Of a DNA stretch of 64,000 bases, positions 56,057 through 64,000 are shown one piece after another. How positions within the stretch are numbered: the stretch's first letter is position 1; each line of letters opens with the position of its first letter. Location: contig JAHIVC010000069.1 in the NCBI GenBank assembly GCA_018816945.1, positions 37,339 through 101,338 on the forward strand, written 5' to 3'. The position numbers and the translations under genes are program-made. The notes under the pieces were generated by a model. That model did no database searches. It was not told the DNA's origin and saw only the letters and a list, made by a program, of their open reading frames with translations. The DNA is from Bacteroidota bacterium. GTDB lineage: Bacteria > Bacteroidota > Bacteroidia > Bacteroidales > GCA-2711565.

Positions 56057-56575
56057 ATGAATGATTCAAAAAATATTGAGATCAAGGCTCGTTGCATAGA
56101 TTTAGAACGCATCCGAAAAATTCTTCTTGATAAAAAGGCTGAATTTATTGGTGTCGATCATCAAGTTGACACTTATTTTAAGGTTAATTCAGGTAGATTA
56201 AAATTACGGGAAGGTAATATTGAAAATAATTTGATTCATTATCAACGACCAGATCAGCTTGGACCGAAACAAAGTGATTTTACGTTATTTAAAACAGAAA
56301 GTGGTTGTGAATTAAAAAAAATACTCAACAAAGCACTTGGCATTATGGTAATTGTTGATAAAATACGTGAAATTTATTTTATTGATAATGTTAAATTTCA
56401 TCTCGATCAGGTGAAAGATTTAGGTAGTTTTATAGAAATTGAGGTTATTGATAAGCAAGGAGTATTAAATGAAAATGATATGCTAATGACTTGTCAGTTT
56501 TATTTGAAATTGTTTTTAATTAAGAAAAATCAATTGATTGAGAATTCATATAGTGATATGATTTTAAAGATGTAA
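56057..56575 (+). CDS. CYTH-domain protein (class IV adenylate cyclase/CyaB-like)
   Basis: 172 aa with an N-terminal IEIKAR (EXEXK-like) motif and LKLREG. Confidence 0.65.
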   Translation: MNDSKNIEIKARCIDLERIRKILLDKKAEFIGVDHQVDTYFKVNSGRLKLREGNIENNLIHYQRPDQLGPKQSDFTLFKTESGCELKKILNKALGIMVIVDKIREIYFIDNVKFHLDQVKDLGSFIEIEVIDKQGVLNENDMLMTCQFYLKLFLIKKNQLIENSYSDMILKM

Positions 56576-56675
56576 ACCTCTCGTTTTAAGTAAGAATTTT
56601 AATTTACTTAACATCAGTTATTTGATTTTTTGCCTCCAGATTTTTCTGAGTCGTAGTGAAATTTGTTTGAATATT

Positions 56676-58283
56676 TTATTTAATTGTCAGAATGATAGGG
56701 GATAGAGACCTTTCATCATTAAAAGGCCCTACTGCAACAATATTATCAAATAATAAATTTTGCCCTCGGTTTGTAATTTCAATTTGTGCAATCATTTCCT
56801 CAGTTAATAATCCATTGTTAGAAATATATTGATATATATTAAATCCTTTTTGAATTGTTAATTTAAATGATTTTATTTCAAAAGTTAGATCAAAACTAAA
56901 ATCGGACGGCATTTTTGGAACAATGGCACCAGCTGCAAGCAGAATCTCTCGATTTATAAAACCTTCCTTAATATTTGCAATTGTTGCTATTGGATCAGGT
57001 AGCCGTTTAATCCTAAAATTTTGTGAACCCATTTCTTTTTTAATTCCGTTGATGATTGCCGAAATCGTTATTACGGTATACCTTTCATCGGGAGGAACCG
57101 TTACAGTCCATTTATCAGATGAAAGACCGGCAGTTATGGTCCCTTTCGAAATTACCGGATGGAGATTTTCCTTAGAAATCCCTGAAACTGAAATGGAAAC
57201 TGTATTCTCAACACCGATATATAATACATTCATTTCTGCCACTGAGATAGTAACTGAAGGTTCTGCTACTACATATTGATTAGAAAAATGATAATAATTT
57301 GTTTCACCGGATGAAGTTTTTACTCCAATAACCCCGGCATATTTATTTATACCTGTCTTCCGTGCAGGTAGACGGATATCAGATTTTCCATCAATACTAC
57401 TAATCAGTTCTGCTTTGCTTAGTTCACTAATTGGAAGTGAATCCACATCTCTCATTAAATATATTTCAGGGCTCTGGCTTGTGTCATAAGCTGCAACAAT
57501 CACTTCTGCCTTATATTCATCTCCAACAAAAATGTAATTATTATCCGGTAGAACTTTTGCATCAATTTTATCATAGCTAAAATCTTCGGCATTTATTTCA
57601 TCCATTAACTTATTTACAATTTCAAATTCCGCATCATATACTTCGGTAATAATTTTATTTAAAATCGTGATATCTGCAGCCAGTATTGTGTTGTAAAAAT
57701 GATGAGCTTCCCAATTCTGTCTTTGTCCATCAGCATTAAAGTAAGTACTATCAGTAATGAGTCCAAGCTTTAAGTCATTTCTATCTTTGGGATTTATCAG
57801 CTCAATCATTTTTTGACGATGTTCGATAATCTTTTCCTTTAAGTATCTTGATTTTCCTTGTGAACCATCATGGGAATCACCCATAAGATAGGCTGTTGTT
57901 AAACTATAATTATCTTTACTTTTTAAGTTTCTAATTTCAATTGTTTTTGCTGAATCTATTGATATTTTTTCAGTTACTGAAATCAACTCATATCGAAGGT
58001 TACTGATAAATTCAATCATTTTTCCAGAAAGGGATTTTGCTTCCCTGGCTTTATCCCAATAAGGCTTAACCTCATGCTGATTTAACTGGTACATTTTTTC
58101 AAAAGTGCCATAAGTGCTTTGAAGCCTCTGTGAAAATTTCTCGTTTGTTAATACTATACTTTCATTTACAACCAAAAACGCATCAATCACTTCTTTAGAA
58201 ACATTAATTGCTAATAAGGCCGTAAGCACAAGGTACATCATAGCAATCATGCGTTGTCTGGGTGTTTCTTTTGCTCCTGCCAT
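56676..58283 (-). CDS. gldM: GldM/PorM homolog (T9SS/gliding motor periplasmic shaft protein family)
   Basis: 535 aa. The N-terminus MAGAKETPRQRMIAMMYLVLTALLAINVSKEVIDAF closely parallels the canonical GldM N-terminus and TM helix. C-terminal FRIKRLPDPIATI is like GldM FRIKGIPGP. No gldL, gldK or gldN is adjacent. Confidence 0.85.
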   Translation of the reverse strand: MAGAKETPRQRMIAMMYLVLTALLAINVSKEVIDAFLVVNESIVLTNEKFSQRLQSTYGTFEKMYQLNQHEVKPYWDKAREAKSLSGKMIEFISNLRYELISVTEKISIDSAKTIEIRNLKSKDNYSLTTAYLMGDSHDGSQGKSRYLKEKIIEHRQKMIELINPKDRNDLKLGLITDSTYFNADGQRQNWEAHHFYNTILAADITILNKIITEVYDAEFEIVNKLMDEINAEDFSYDKIDAKVLPDNNYIFVGDEYKAEVIVAAYDTSQSPEIYLMRDVDSLPISELSKAELISSIDGKSDIRLPARKTGINKYAGVIGVKTSSGETNYYHFSNQYVVAEPSVTISVAEMNVLYIGVENTVSISVSGISKENLHPVISKGTITAGLSSDKWTVTVPPDERYTVITISAIINGIKKEMGSQNFRIKRLPDPIATIANIKEGFINREILLAAGAIVPKMPSDFSFDLTFEIKSFKLTIQKGFNIYQYISNNGLLTEEMIAQIEITNRGQNLLFDNIVAVGPFNDERSLSPIILTIK

Positions 58284-58288
58284 TTGTG

Positions 58289-58795
58289 TTATTGGGTTAT
58301 TGTATAATCGACATATATGGTGCTAATTCCTGGTTGAATTTTAGCATAATCTGTAATTTTAAAAGAAAATATAAGTTGATGACCTTCATTTCTTCCTGAA
58401 CCTGTATAGCTGGTTCCTATATTATCAATTAACGTCTTAGGAATATGCGATAATTGCACATTCCCGACCGGTTTACCTATTTTTCCATTACTAAATCCTC
58501 GGTATCTTTTTGCTTCTATGTATAACTCCAAACCTTCTGGTACACTTCCTGAAGATATATTTACTGATATAGAGGCAGTAGGATCAGATGCTCCAATCAA
58601 TAAGGTATAATTTAACCATTGAGAATCATCAACAATTATCTGCCCTCGGCTACCTGCATTGTTTATTATCGCTAAATCTAAAAAAATAGGTGTCTTTTTT
58701 GAAATAGACAATTTATTCTGAGCAGACATATAATTTATACTCATGACCATGAATGCGCAAATTATGATTCTTAAATTTCTCATCTTTTTTATCAA
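58289..58795 (-). CDS. Small secreted beta-rich protein, paralog of 63385-63948
   Basis: 168 aa with a signal peptide ending MSAQ. It shares TLIDNIGTSYTGSGRNEGHQL with TLVSNIGSCYSGTAADDGYRM of the 187-aa protein. It lies 5 nt upstream of gldM-like and 24 nt downstream of the 1017-aa gene. Confidence 0.5.
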   Translation of the reverse strand: MIKKMRNLRIIICAFMVMSINYMSAQNKLSISKKTPIFLDLAIINNAGSRGQIIVDDSQWLNYTLLIGASDPTASISVNISSGSVPEGLELYIEAKRYRGFSNGKIGKPVGNVQLSHIPKTLIDNIGTSYTGSGRNEGHQLIFSFKITDYAKIQPGISTIYVDYTITQ

Positions 58796-58819
58796 ATTTT
58801 TATAAGGAACATACTTGAA

Positions 58820-61800
58820 TTAAATTATTTTCTGAAATTTTATTTTACGCACTTCTTTTTTAATAAGTACTTCGACTATTTTTACTTCTCCTGATGAAAG
58901 TTCAACTTTAAGTTCTTTGGTAACCAGCTGATAACCTGAAGGAATACCTTTATCATAGACTTTTAATTGCCAGACTCCAGTTCTGAGATCTTCAAAATTA
59001 AAATACCCAGTTTTATTTGAAAAAACCCTATAAACTTCATTTCCTTTACTGATTTCTATAATAAGGTTTCCTAATTGCTCCTTAACAGGAATATATTCTC
59101 GGCTGTTGATGTTAGAATCTTCCTGAATAATTATTTTACCAGTTATTCTGCTTGATTTTGTGAGTACTATTTCAAAAACTTTAGTCTCTCCCGGCAGGAT
59201 TTCAATCTTATAAGGTCCGGGTGTTTCAGCAATTGTATTTAGACCTGTGATTGCATCGTTCATTAAAAGGTAATATATACCAGTTTTAACAATAGGAAAT
59301 TCAAAGAATCCATTTTTATCTGTGTGAGCAATATTTCCGGACAGGGTGAATATAATTCCTTCAATATTTTCCACCCCTTTGTTAATCACTCGGCCTTTAA
59401 GGCTGCAAATATCTTTCTTTTTCGCAACCGGAACGTTTATGATGTAATTATAGCTTAAAGCAACGCTTAATTCTTTATTATTAAGTGTATTTCTGGTAAG
59501 ATTGTAATTGGCAGAAAGTCCAAACTCATGTTTATTGTTCATTGCTAAACTAATTCTGGAAGAAATTAAACTCCGATCTTTATAATATTCCTCCATCTCA
59601 TAATTATTTTGATATTCAAAAACGATACTGAGTTTTTTCCAGAATATTGCATCAAGTGAAGCACCATAATATATTGATTTTAAATCGCGGGTTTTATAAT
59701 ACTGACCTCCTTGGTAATTCGCAAATACATCGAGTGAAAAGCTATTACTTACTTTGTAATCCATTGACAAATAAGATTTGTACACAGTTGTAAGTTCACC
59801 TTCTTTATATACCAGTAGATTATTAATCTTTCCCATTTCTCCGTAAAAATTGAGTGCAAATCTTTTTATTCTATTTTGAAAAGTAATCCTCCCTGTGTAT
59901 TCTTCATAATTAAAGAGTTTTTGTTCGAATCTGTCTTCTCGTTTTCGCTTGTACACAGCAAATCCTAAACTGTTCACTTTTTTGATCCTAAACATAGCCA
60001 AGAAACTGATATTTGTACTTAAAGGTGCATTTGAATATATCGTATCTAGGGCACTATTGATATGATTAAGCTCGTAACTGGCCGAAATATTTGATTTGGG
60101 AATAATGGACGTGCTAATTCCCGCTGAAAGATATTTTGAATTTGAAAAATATCCTGGAAAATCCTTATCTGCCATGGTATAGTTAAAATAGGTCCTGATT
60201 TTCGACCCACTCAACTTCAAACTTCCTTTATATGCCGAAGATGTTTTATCATTTTCCATGCCATTAGCGTATTCAAAATCTAATAAAGCCCATTTGGTAA
60301 GATTGGTCGTACCTGATACTGTTAAAAGCTCTACAATAGAATTTGTGATAAAAGTTTTATTTAGGTATCCTAAATTAATTTTGAAATTTTTAGTAGGAAA
60401 ATAACTGCTGTAAACAGAATATACCTGGGTGACGTTAGGATAATACTTGGGATAATTCAAAAAAGCTCCAAGCATTAATTTTTTAAAAATGTTCTCAACA
60501 CCTACTCCTTGCCCATGACGTGATGACTCAGTTAGGTCAGTCAATCTGTAATTATGATCACCCACCACTATATTTAAATGATTTGATGAATATTTTGCAA
60601 AGTATTCTCTATTTAATCCGAACACAGGATTTCCTTCCTTATCAGGTAAACGCACACGAAACTCTACCATTCTTTTTTTATTTGGAGAGATCATTCCTTT
60701 TGCGCTTATATCAAACATATAACCAAATCTTTTTTCTCCATTTCTTTCATCTGAAATGGCCAAACTTCTTATACTAATAGGAATACGATCATAAGCATCA
60801 AACTTTTGTGTTATTGACGGAATAACATCGAAAGAAAACGAATTTGTAACTGAAACTTCTGGCTTTCCAACTATAGTTGCTGTCAGGTGCACACTTTTTC
60901 TTGTATAAATAAGAATGTCTTTTTTTGTTGAAAATGGGATCCTCATGTTCGCATAGGAATCAGGTTTGATGGAGAGCATTTTATCCTCGACTGATGTTTC
61001 GGTGGTGACCTTTGTATTAATATCAATTTCTAAGTTTGACAAATTACGAACCCGGAAATGTACAATTAATGAATCTCCTGCGAACACATAATCCTGAGTT
61101 GGCAATGTCTCAATTGCAATCTCATATCTGGGCTTTATTAAAACAGGTATTTTTAATAATTTAACCATTTTGCTATTCATTTTATTGAATACTTCAACCT
61201 TTATAGTATCAGTTCCAACCAACGTCGATTCTTGAATATAAAAACTCAAAACTTTAATTTTCTTGCTATTCTTTCCAACCATCACTGATGAATAATCATT
61301 TAGTAAACTCCAGGCTTCTGGAGCTGTAATTTTCAAATGAAATTCCTTTGCTGTTTTGCTGTTATTCGTGAGCATGATTACTAAATTTATGCTGGAACCA
61401 GGTATTATTTCTTTGACCCCATTTTCGATTAAAGAAGCATCCAATAGCTCCATATCTGTATTATTCTCAGTTTCGATAATTTGATGATCTTTATCAACTA
61501 TTAATATCTTATCACCATTTGGCTCACGTTCGTTTATTGGTTTATTTGAAGTTCTTTTTAACAGATTGTCAGATTCATCATTTATTTCAACCTCTTTATT
61601 AGAAATGAGAGAAGTATTATCAGCAAAATTACCTGGTAGAAAATATTTCTGACCAACAATTAGTTCATCATTGTTTTTGAGAAATGCTTGATTTATCTTT
61701 TTAAATTCTGCCAGATTTTTGTCAGGATTTAAACCATTTCGTCGTAGCAATGCATAAATACCTTCCCCCTTTTCTGCAATAGTTGATTTAAGGTTTTCTT

Positions 61801-61873
61801 GAGCCATTCCAAAAAAACAGAAACCAAATATAAAGAACCATATGAGTGTTAGTTTTCTCATGTTTTTTAGCAA
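58820..61873 (-). CDS. Large outer-membrane protein: LysM-like, two CARDB/NEW3-like Ig domains, putative beta-barrel, two CarboxypepD_reg-like domains
   Basis: 1017 aa with a signal peptide. LysM-like GEGIYALLRRNGLNP...LIVGQKYFLPG. An alternating aromatic/polar beta-strand region spans roughly residues 340-790. C-terminal LKGRVINKG...TDKNGFFEF and ITGKIII...SNKTGYFNFEDL. Confidence 0.55.
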   Translation of the reverse strand: MLKNMRKLTLIWFFIFGFCFFGMAQENLKSTIAEKGEGIYALLRRNGLNPDKNLAEFKKINQAFLKNNDELIVGQKYFLPGNFADNTSLISNKEVEINDESDNLLKRTSNKPINEREPNGDKILIVDKDHQIIETENNTDMELLDASLIENGVKEIIPGSSINLVIMLTNNSKTAKEFHLKITAPEAWSLLNDYSSVMVGKNSKKIKVLSFYIQESTLVGTDTIKVEVFNKMNSKMVKLLKIPVLIKPRYEIAIETLPTQDYVFAGDSLIVHFRVRNLSNLEIDINTKVTTETSVEDKMLSIKPDSYANMRIPFSTKKDILIYTRKSVHLTATIVGKPEVSVTNSFSFDVIPSITQKFDAYDRIPISIRSLAISDERNGEKRFGYMFDISAKGMISPNKKRMVEFRVRLPDKEGNPVFGLNREYFAKYSSNHLNIVVGDHNYRLTDLTESSRHGQGVGVENIFKKLMLGAFLNYPKYYPNVTQVYSVYSSYFPTKNFKINLGYLNKTFITNSIVELLTVSGTTNLTKWALLDFEYANGMENDKTSSAYKGSLKLSGSKIRTYFNYTMADKDFPGYFSNSKYLSAGISTSIIPKSNISASYELNHINSALDTIYSNAPLSTNISFLAMFRIKKVNSLGFAVYKRKREDRFEQKLFNYEEYTGRITFQNRIKRFALNFYGEMGKINNLLVYKEGELTTVYKSYLSMDYKVSNSFSLDVFANYQGGQYYKTRDLKSIYYGASLDAIFWKKLSIVFEYQNNYEMEEYYKDRSLISSRISLAMNNKHEFGLSANYNLTRNTLNNKELSVALSYNYIINVPVAKKKDICSLKGRVINKGVENIEGIIFTLSGNIAHTDKNGFFEFPIVKTGIYYLLMNDAITGLNTIAETPGPYKIEILPGETKVFEIVLTKSSRITGKIIIQEDSNINSREYIPVKEQLGNLIIEISKGNEVYRVFSNKTGYFNFEDLRTGVWQLKVYDKGIPSGYQLVTKELKVELSSGEVKIVEVLIKKEVRKIKFQKII

Positions 61874-62117
61874 GTTATGCGTCAGAAAAATCCAAAAAAG
61901 TCTTGATGTTTCAAGTGATTATTTTCTGGCACTGCTATGCTATAAACCATCTCCAAAAAGCCATATGCAATTGAAAAAGATCAGTACTATACAAAACATA
62001 GCATTTGTTGAAGATTTTCTCATGCCAATCTACTCTAAATTAAAAATACTGGCTGGTTTCTTCTTAAACTATAAAGAGGTTCATTCGGGTTGAATTTATT
62101 TTTATAAATTCTTGACT

Positions 62118-62909
62118 TTAGAAATAAAGGACATAGTCAATACCGAACACATCTTCTTCTTTTCCGTCTGCAATAATTAAACATTGGTATGTTTTTTTAC
62201 TCTCCACACCTTTTAAATTTAAACGGAATCTGACAGAAGTCTTTGGGTATATCCCTTTCTTAGATGAGGTAATAACTTTTACGGATTTACCAGTTTCATC
62301 GAAAAGCTCCATCGAAAGTTCGGGAGCGATATAGTGTTGGCCTGTATTGACTATATCGACTGCTAAATACAAATTGTCGCCTTCTGTAATTAGTGTTGGG
62401 TTTAAAAAAGTTAATGCACCCATTCCTTTATTTTCTATTTCGGTAACCATTTGTATCGCGTAACGCGTTACAGTATTTATGTTCAGTTCTCCTTTTTGTT
62501 CAGGATCAATCGGGTTCACCCCTTCAATCATTATTATGCTCCAAAAAGTTCCGCTCAATGTATCGGTTTTTGGAATAACAATTTCGTATTGAATGAAACG
62601 ATTTTCTTTCCCCTTTACAATTAAAGTTTTAGGACTGTAATTAATCCACGATGCGTTTGATCTTTCATGCGTAACAGGTTCATCATAAAAAGTGTAATCT
62701 TCATAATTATAGAGTAAATCTGTCTGATAGATTCTCACTTCCTGATCCATTTCTTCACTATTGTGTAATTTGATTTCTCCTCTAATAGTATCTCCCCCTA
62801 TACCACTATGTAGATGTTTTAGGCTACCTAAAACCTCTATTGATGCCAATGATAATAAAGGCAGCATGCCAATAAAAATCAATGCAAGACAATATTTTAT
62901 TTTTTTCAT
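62118..62909 (-). CDS. Secreted two-domain Ig-like protein (chaperone-like / DUF916-DUF3324-like)
   Basis: 263 aa with a signal peptide. Two beta-sandwich-like halves (GEIKLHNSEEMDQEVRIYQ...; LYLAVDIVNTGQHYIAPELSMELFDETGK). The family assignment is from memory only. Confidence 0.4.
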   Translation of the reverse strand: MKKIKYCLALIFIGMLPLLSLASIEVLGSLKHLHSGIGGDTIRGEIKLHNSEEMDQEVRIYQTDLLYNYEDYTFYDEPVTHERSNASWINYSPKTLIVKGKENRFIQYEIVIPKTDTLSGTFWSIIMIEGVNPIDPEQKGELNINTVTRYAIQMVTEIENKGMGALTFLNPTLITEGDNLYLAVDIVNTGQHYIAPELSMELFDETGKSVKVITSSKKGIYPKTSVRFRLNLKGVESKKTYQCLIIADGKEEDVFGIDYVLYF

Positions 62910-63245
62910 AATTTTAAATTTTATTTTTTAATTATCATATGCCTGCCTATCGGCAGACAGAAAATGCCCTATAATCATCTCTGTTGTATAAATTTATTTT
63001 ATGGGCATTTCATCTATTTCTTTATTAAATTGAATTATTAATTCCTTCCGGTGTAATGGTTTGCATAAGATAACTCTTCCATTTATTAAATTTTAGCATC
63101 TGTTTAAATGATTAAAATGAGGTAATTCACGCTTTGAAAATTCAACAGTTTTGATTTTAAAGAAGAATTACTTCAATACAGGATCAGAACCTGAATAACT
63201 TAAATAGAGGATTTGTAAAATGAAAGATCACTTTCGATGCGAATA

Positions 63246-63273
63246 AAATGCGGCAGATAAATCCGCCGCATTT
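63246..63273 (-). terminator. Probable intrinsic terminator/attenuator downstream of the 187-aa gene
   Basis: Minus-strand hairpin AAATGCGGCGGA-TTTA-TCTGCCGCATTT with one mismatch, followed by TATT. It lies about 112 nt after the stop at 63385. Confidence 0.5.
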
Positions 63274-63384
63274 CAACCATTCTTCGGCAAAACTTTAATA
63301 ACATTAGTTTAAAGGTCATGCACGAAGGTTTATTTCACACACGGAAATAAATCTTAAAAAATAACACGCTCTAAAGAGCTTGTT

Positions 63385-63948
63385 TTACAATGCCGCTGTA
63401 AGTGTTAAGGTTACGATAAGGCTGGCTGACGCAGTAGCACGGATGTCTGCATAATTTGCTGATGGATTATCAAGGCCCCATGTGTATTTCATTCTGTATC
63501 CATCATCAGCTGCTGTTCCCGAATAACAACTTCCGATATTGCTAACTAGTGTTGCATCGCTGGTTGTTAATGTCACATCTGTTGCGACAGGTGTTCCAAC
63601 GGTACCTACTGCATTGGCATTAGGATTTAAAACTCTTGCTGTCAGAGTTGTTCCTCCAGGTAAGGTTCCGGTAAACTTGGCGCTAAGGGTGCGTGGTGCT
63701 GCATCAGAAATTACAGATGAAAATTGCACATACGCACTTGAATCAGAAATACTACTTTGAACGGCCTCCCCAGCAACAGTTGCTGCACTCAGGGTTAAAT
63801 TTACACCTCCGCTTGTTGTGGCAAGCAAAGCTACCTCCGGCAATCCCATTGTAATATTGTGAGAGGTTACATTATCTTGGGTGTGTGCTTTTGTAACAGA
63901 TAAAAAACATCCCCCAATAATTCCAATTACAATAATTAATTTTTTCAT
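63385..63948 (-). CDS. Small secreted Ala/Thr/Gly-rich beta protein (candidate fibre/pilin-like subunit)
   Basis: 187 aa with a signal peptide. The composition resembles surface-fibre subunits and is noticeably more GC-rich than the surroundings. Paralogous to 58289-58795. Confidence 0.5.
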   Translation of the reverse strand: MKKLIIVIGIIGGCFLSVTKAHTQDNVTSHNITMGLPEVALLATTSGGVNLTLSAATVAGEAVQSSISDSSAYVQFSSVISDAAPRTLSAKFTGTLPGGTTLTARVLNPNANAVGTVGTPVATDVTLTTSDATLVSNIGSCYSGTAADDGYRMKYTWGLDNPSANYADIRATASASLIVTLTLTAAL

Positions 63949-64000
63949 TTTCGTGTGTTTTATGGTTTATTAATTTTTAATTTGAATACATTCTGTTTTT

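Noticed and set aside
58289-58795. Candidate GldL, since it is the gene immediately upstream of gldM
   Set aside because: The protein has a cleavable-looking signal peptide and a soluble beta-rich body. GldL instead has a pair of N-terminal TM helices and a cytoplasmic domain. This protein is also paralogous to the 187-aa secreted protein.
61942-61958. TGGCAC-containing sigma54-like motif (tggcactgctatgct)
   Set aside because: It is on the plus strand while both flanking genes are on the minus strand. The GG-to-GC spacing is also off by one.
63361-63384. Short hairpin (GCTC-TTTA-GAGC) plus T-run right after the 187-aa gene stop, as a terminator
   Set aside because: The stem is only 4-5 bp. 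The stronger hairpin at 63246-63273 is reported instead.

Overview
This is an AT-rich chromosomal segment that looks like an anaerobic Bacteroidota genome. The signs are a T9SS C-terminal sorting domain on a secreted protease, a GldM/PorM homolog, a DUF5916/CBM9-type outer-membrane protein, and many PAS/Cache two-component genes. All calls come from reading the supplied translations and the DNA by eye; no database search was run.

Layout:
- 1-10.6 kb: housekeeping and accessory genes. These are a partial GH127, an MFS transporter, an amidase, an M4 protease with a T9SS tail, a U32 protein and an RluA-family synthase.
- 10.7-14.6 kb: a giant multi-PAS hybrid kinase.
- 15.2-21.1 kb: a minus-strand stress/dormancy-like cluster with catalase, an HPF/RaiA-like protein, a baeRF-like protein, two alpha/beta hydrolases and a PRC-barrel protein.
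- 23.1-38.2 kb: an electron-bifurcating-type [FeFe]-hydrogenase locus. It holds hydC/B/A-like genes and the hydG/F/E maturases, interleaved with a hydrogenase-domain histidine kinase, two further kinases and four receiver proteins.
- 38.3-41.8 kb: a GNAT-ATP-grasp fusion, followed by a DUF134/DUF5320/NifX-like/CGGC cluster.
- 46.1-53.8 kb: a HybA/HybB-like (FeS + NrfD-type) membrane redox pair. It is bracketed by two paralogous membrane-anchored GcvH-like proteins, and followed by a heme-motif sensor kinase and a sigma54 activator.
- 55.2-55.9 kb: tRNA-Pro and tRNA-Ser with four odd tRNA-like repeats.
- 56.7-63.9 kb: a minus-strand envelope operon. An orphan GldM-like gene is tightly coupled to a large LysM/beta-barrel outer-membrane protein, an Ig-like chaperone-like protein and two paralogous small secreted proteins.

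The most promising candidates for undescribed biology are the GldM-linked envelope operon, the GcvH-like/HybAB-like module, the hydrogenase-domain kinase relay, the tRNA-like repeat cluster, and a heptamer-repeat/GC-hairpin intergenic element family.
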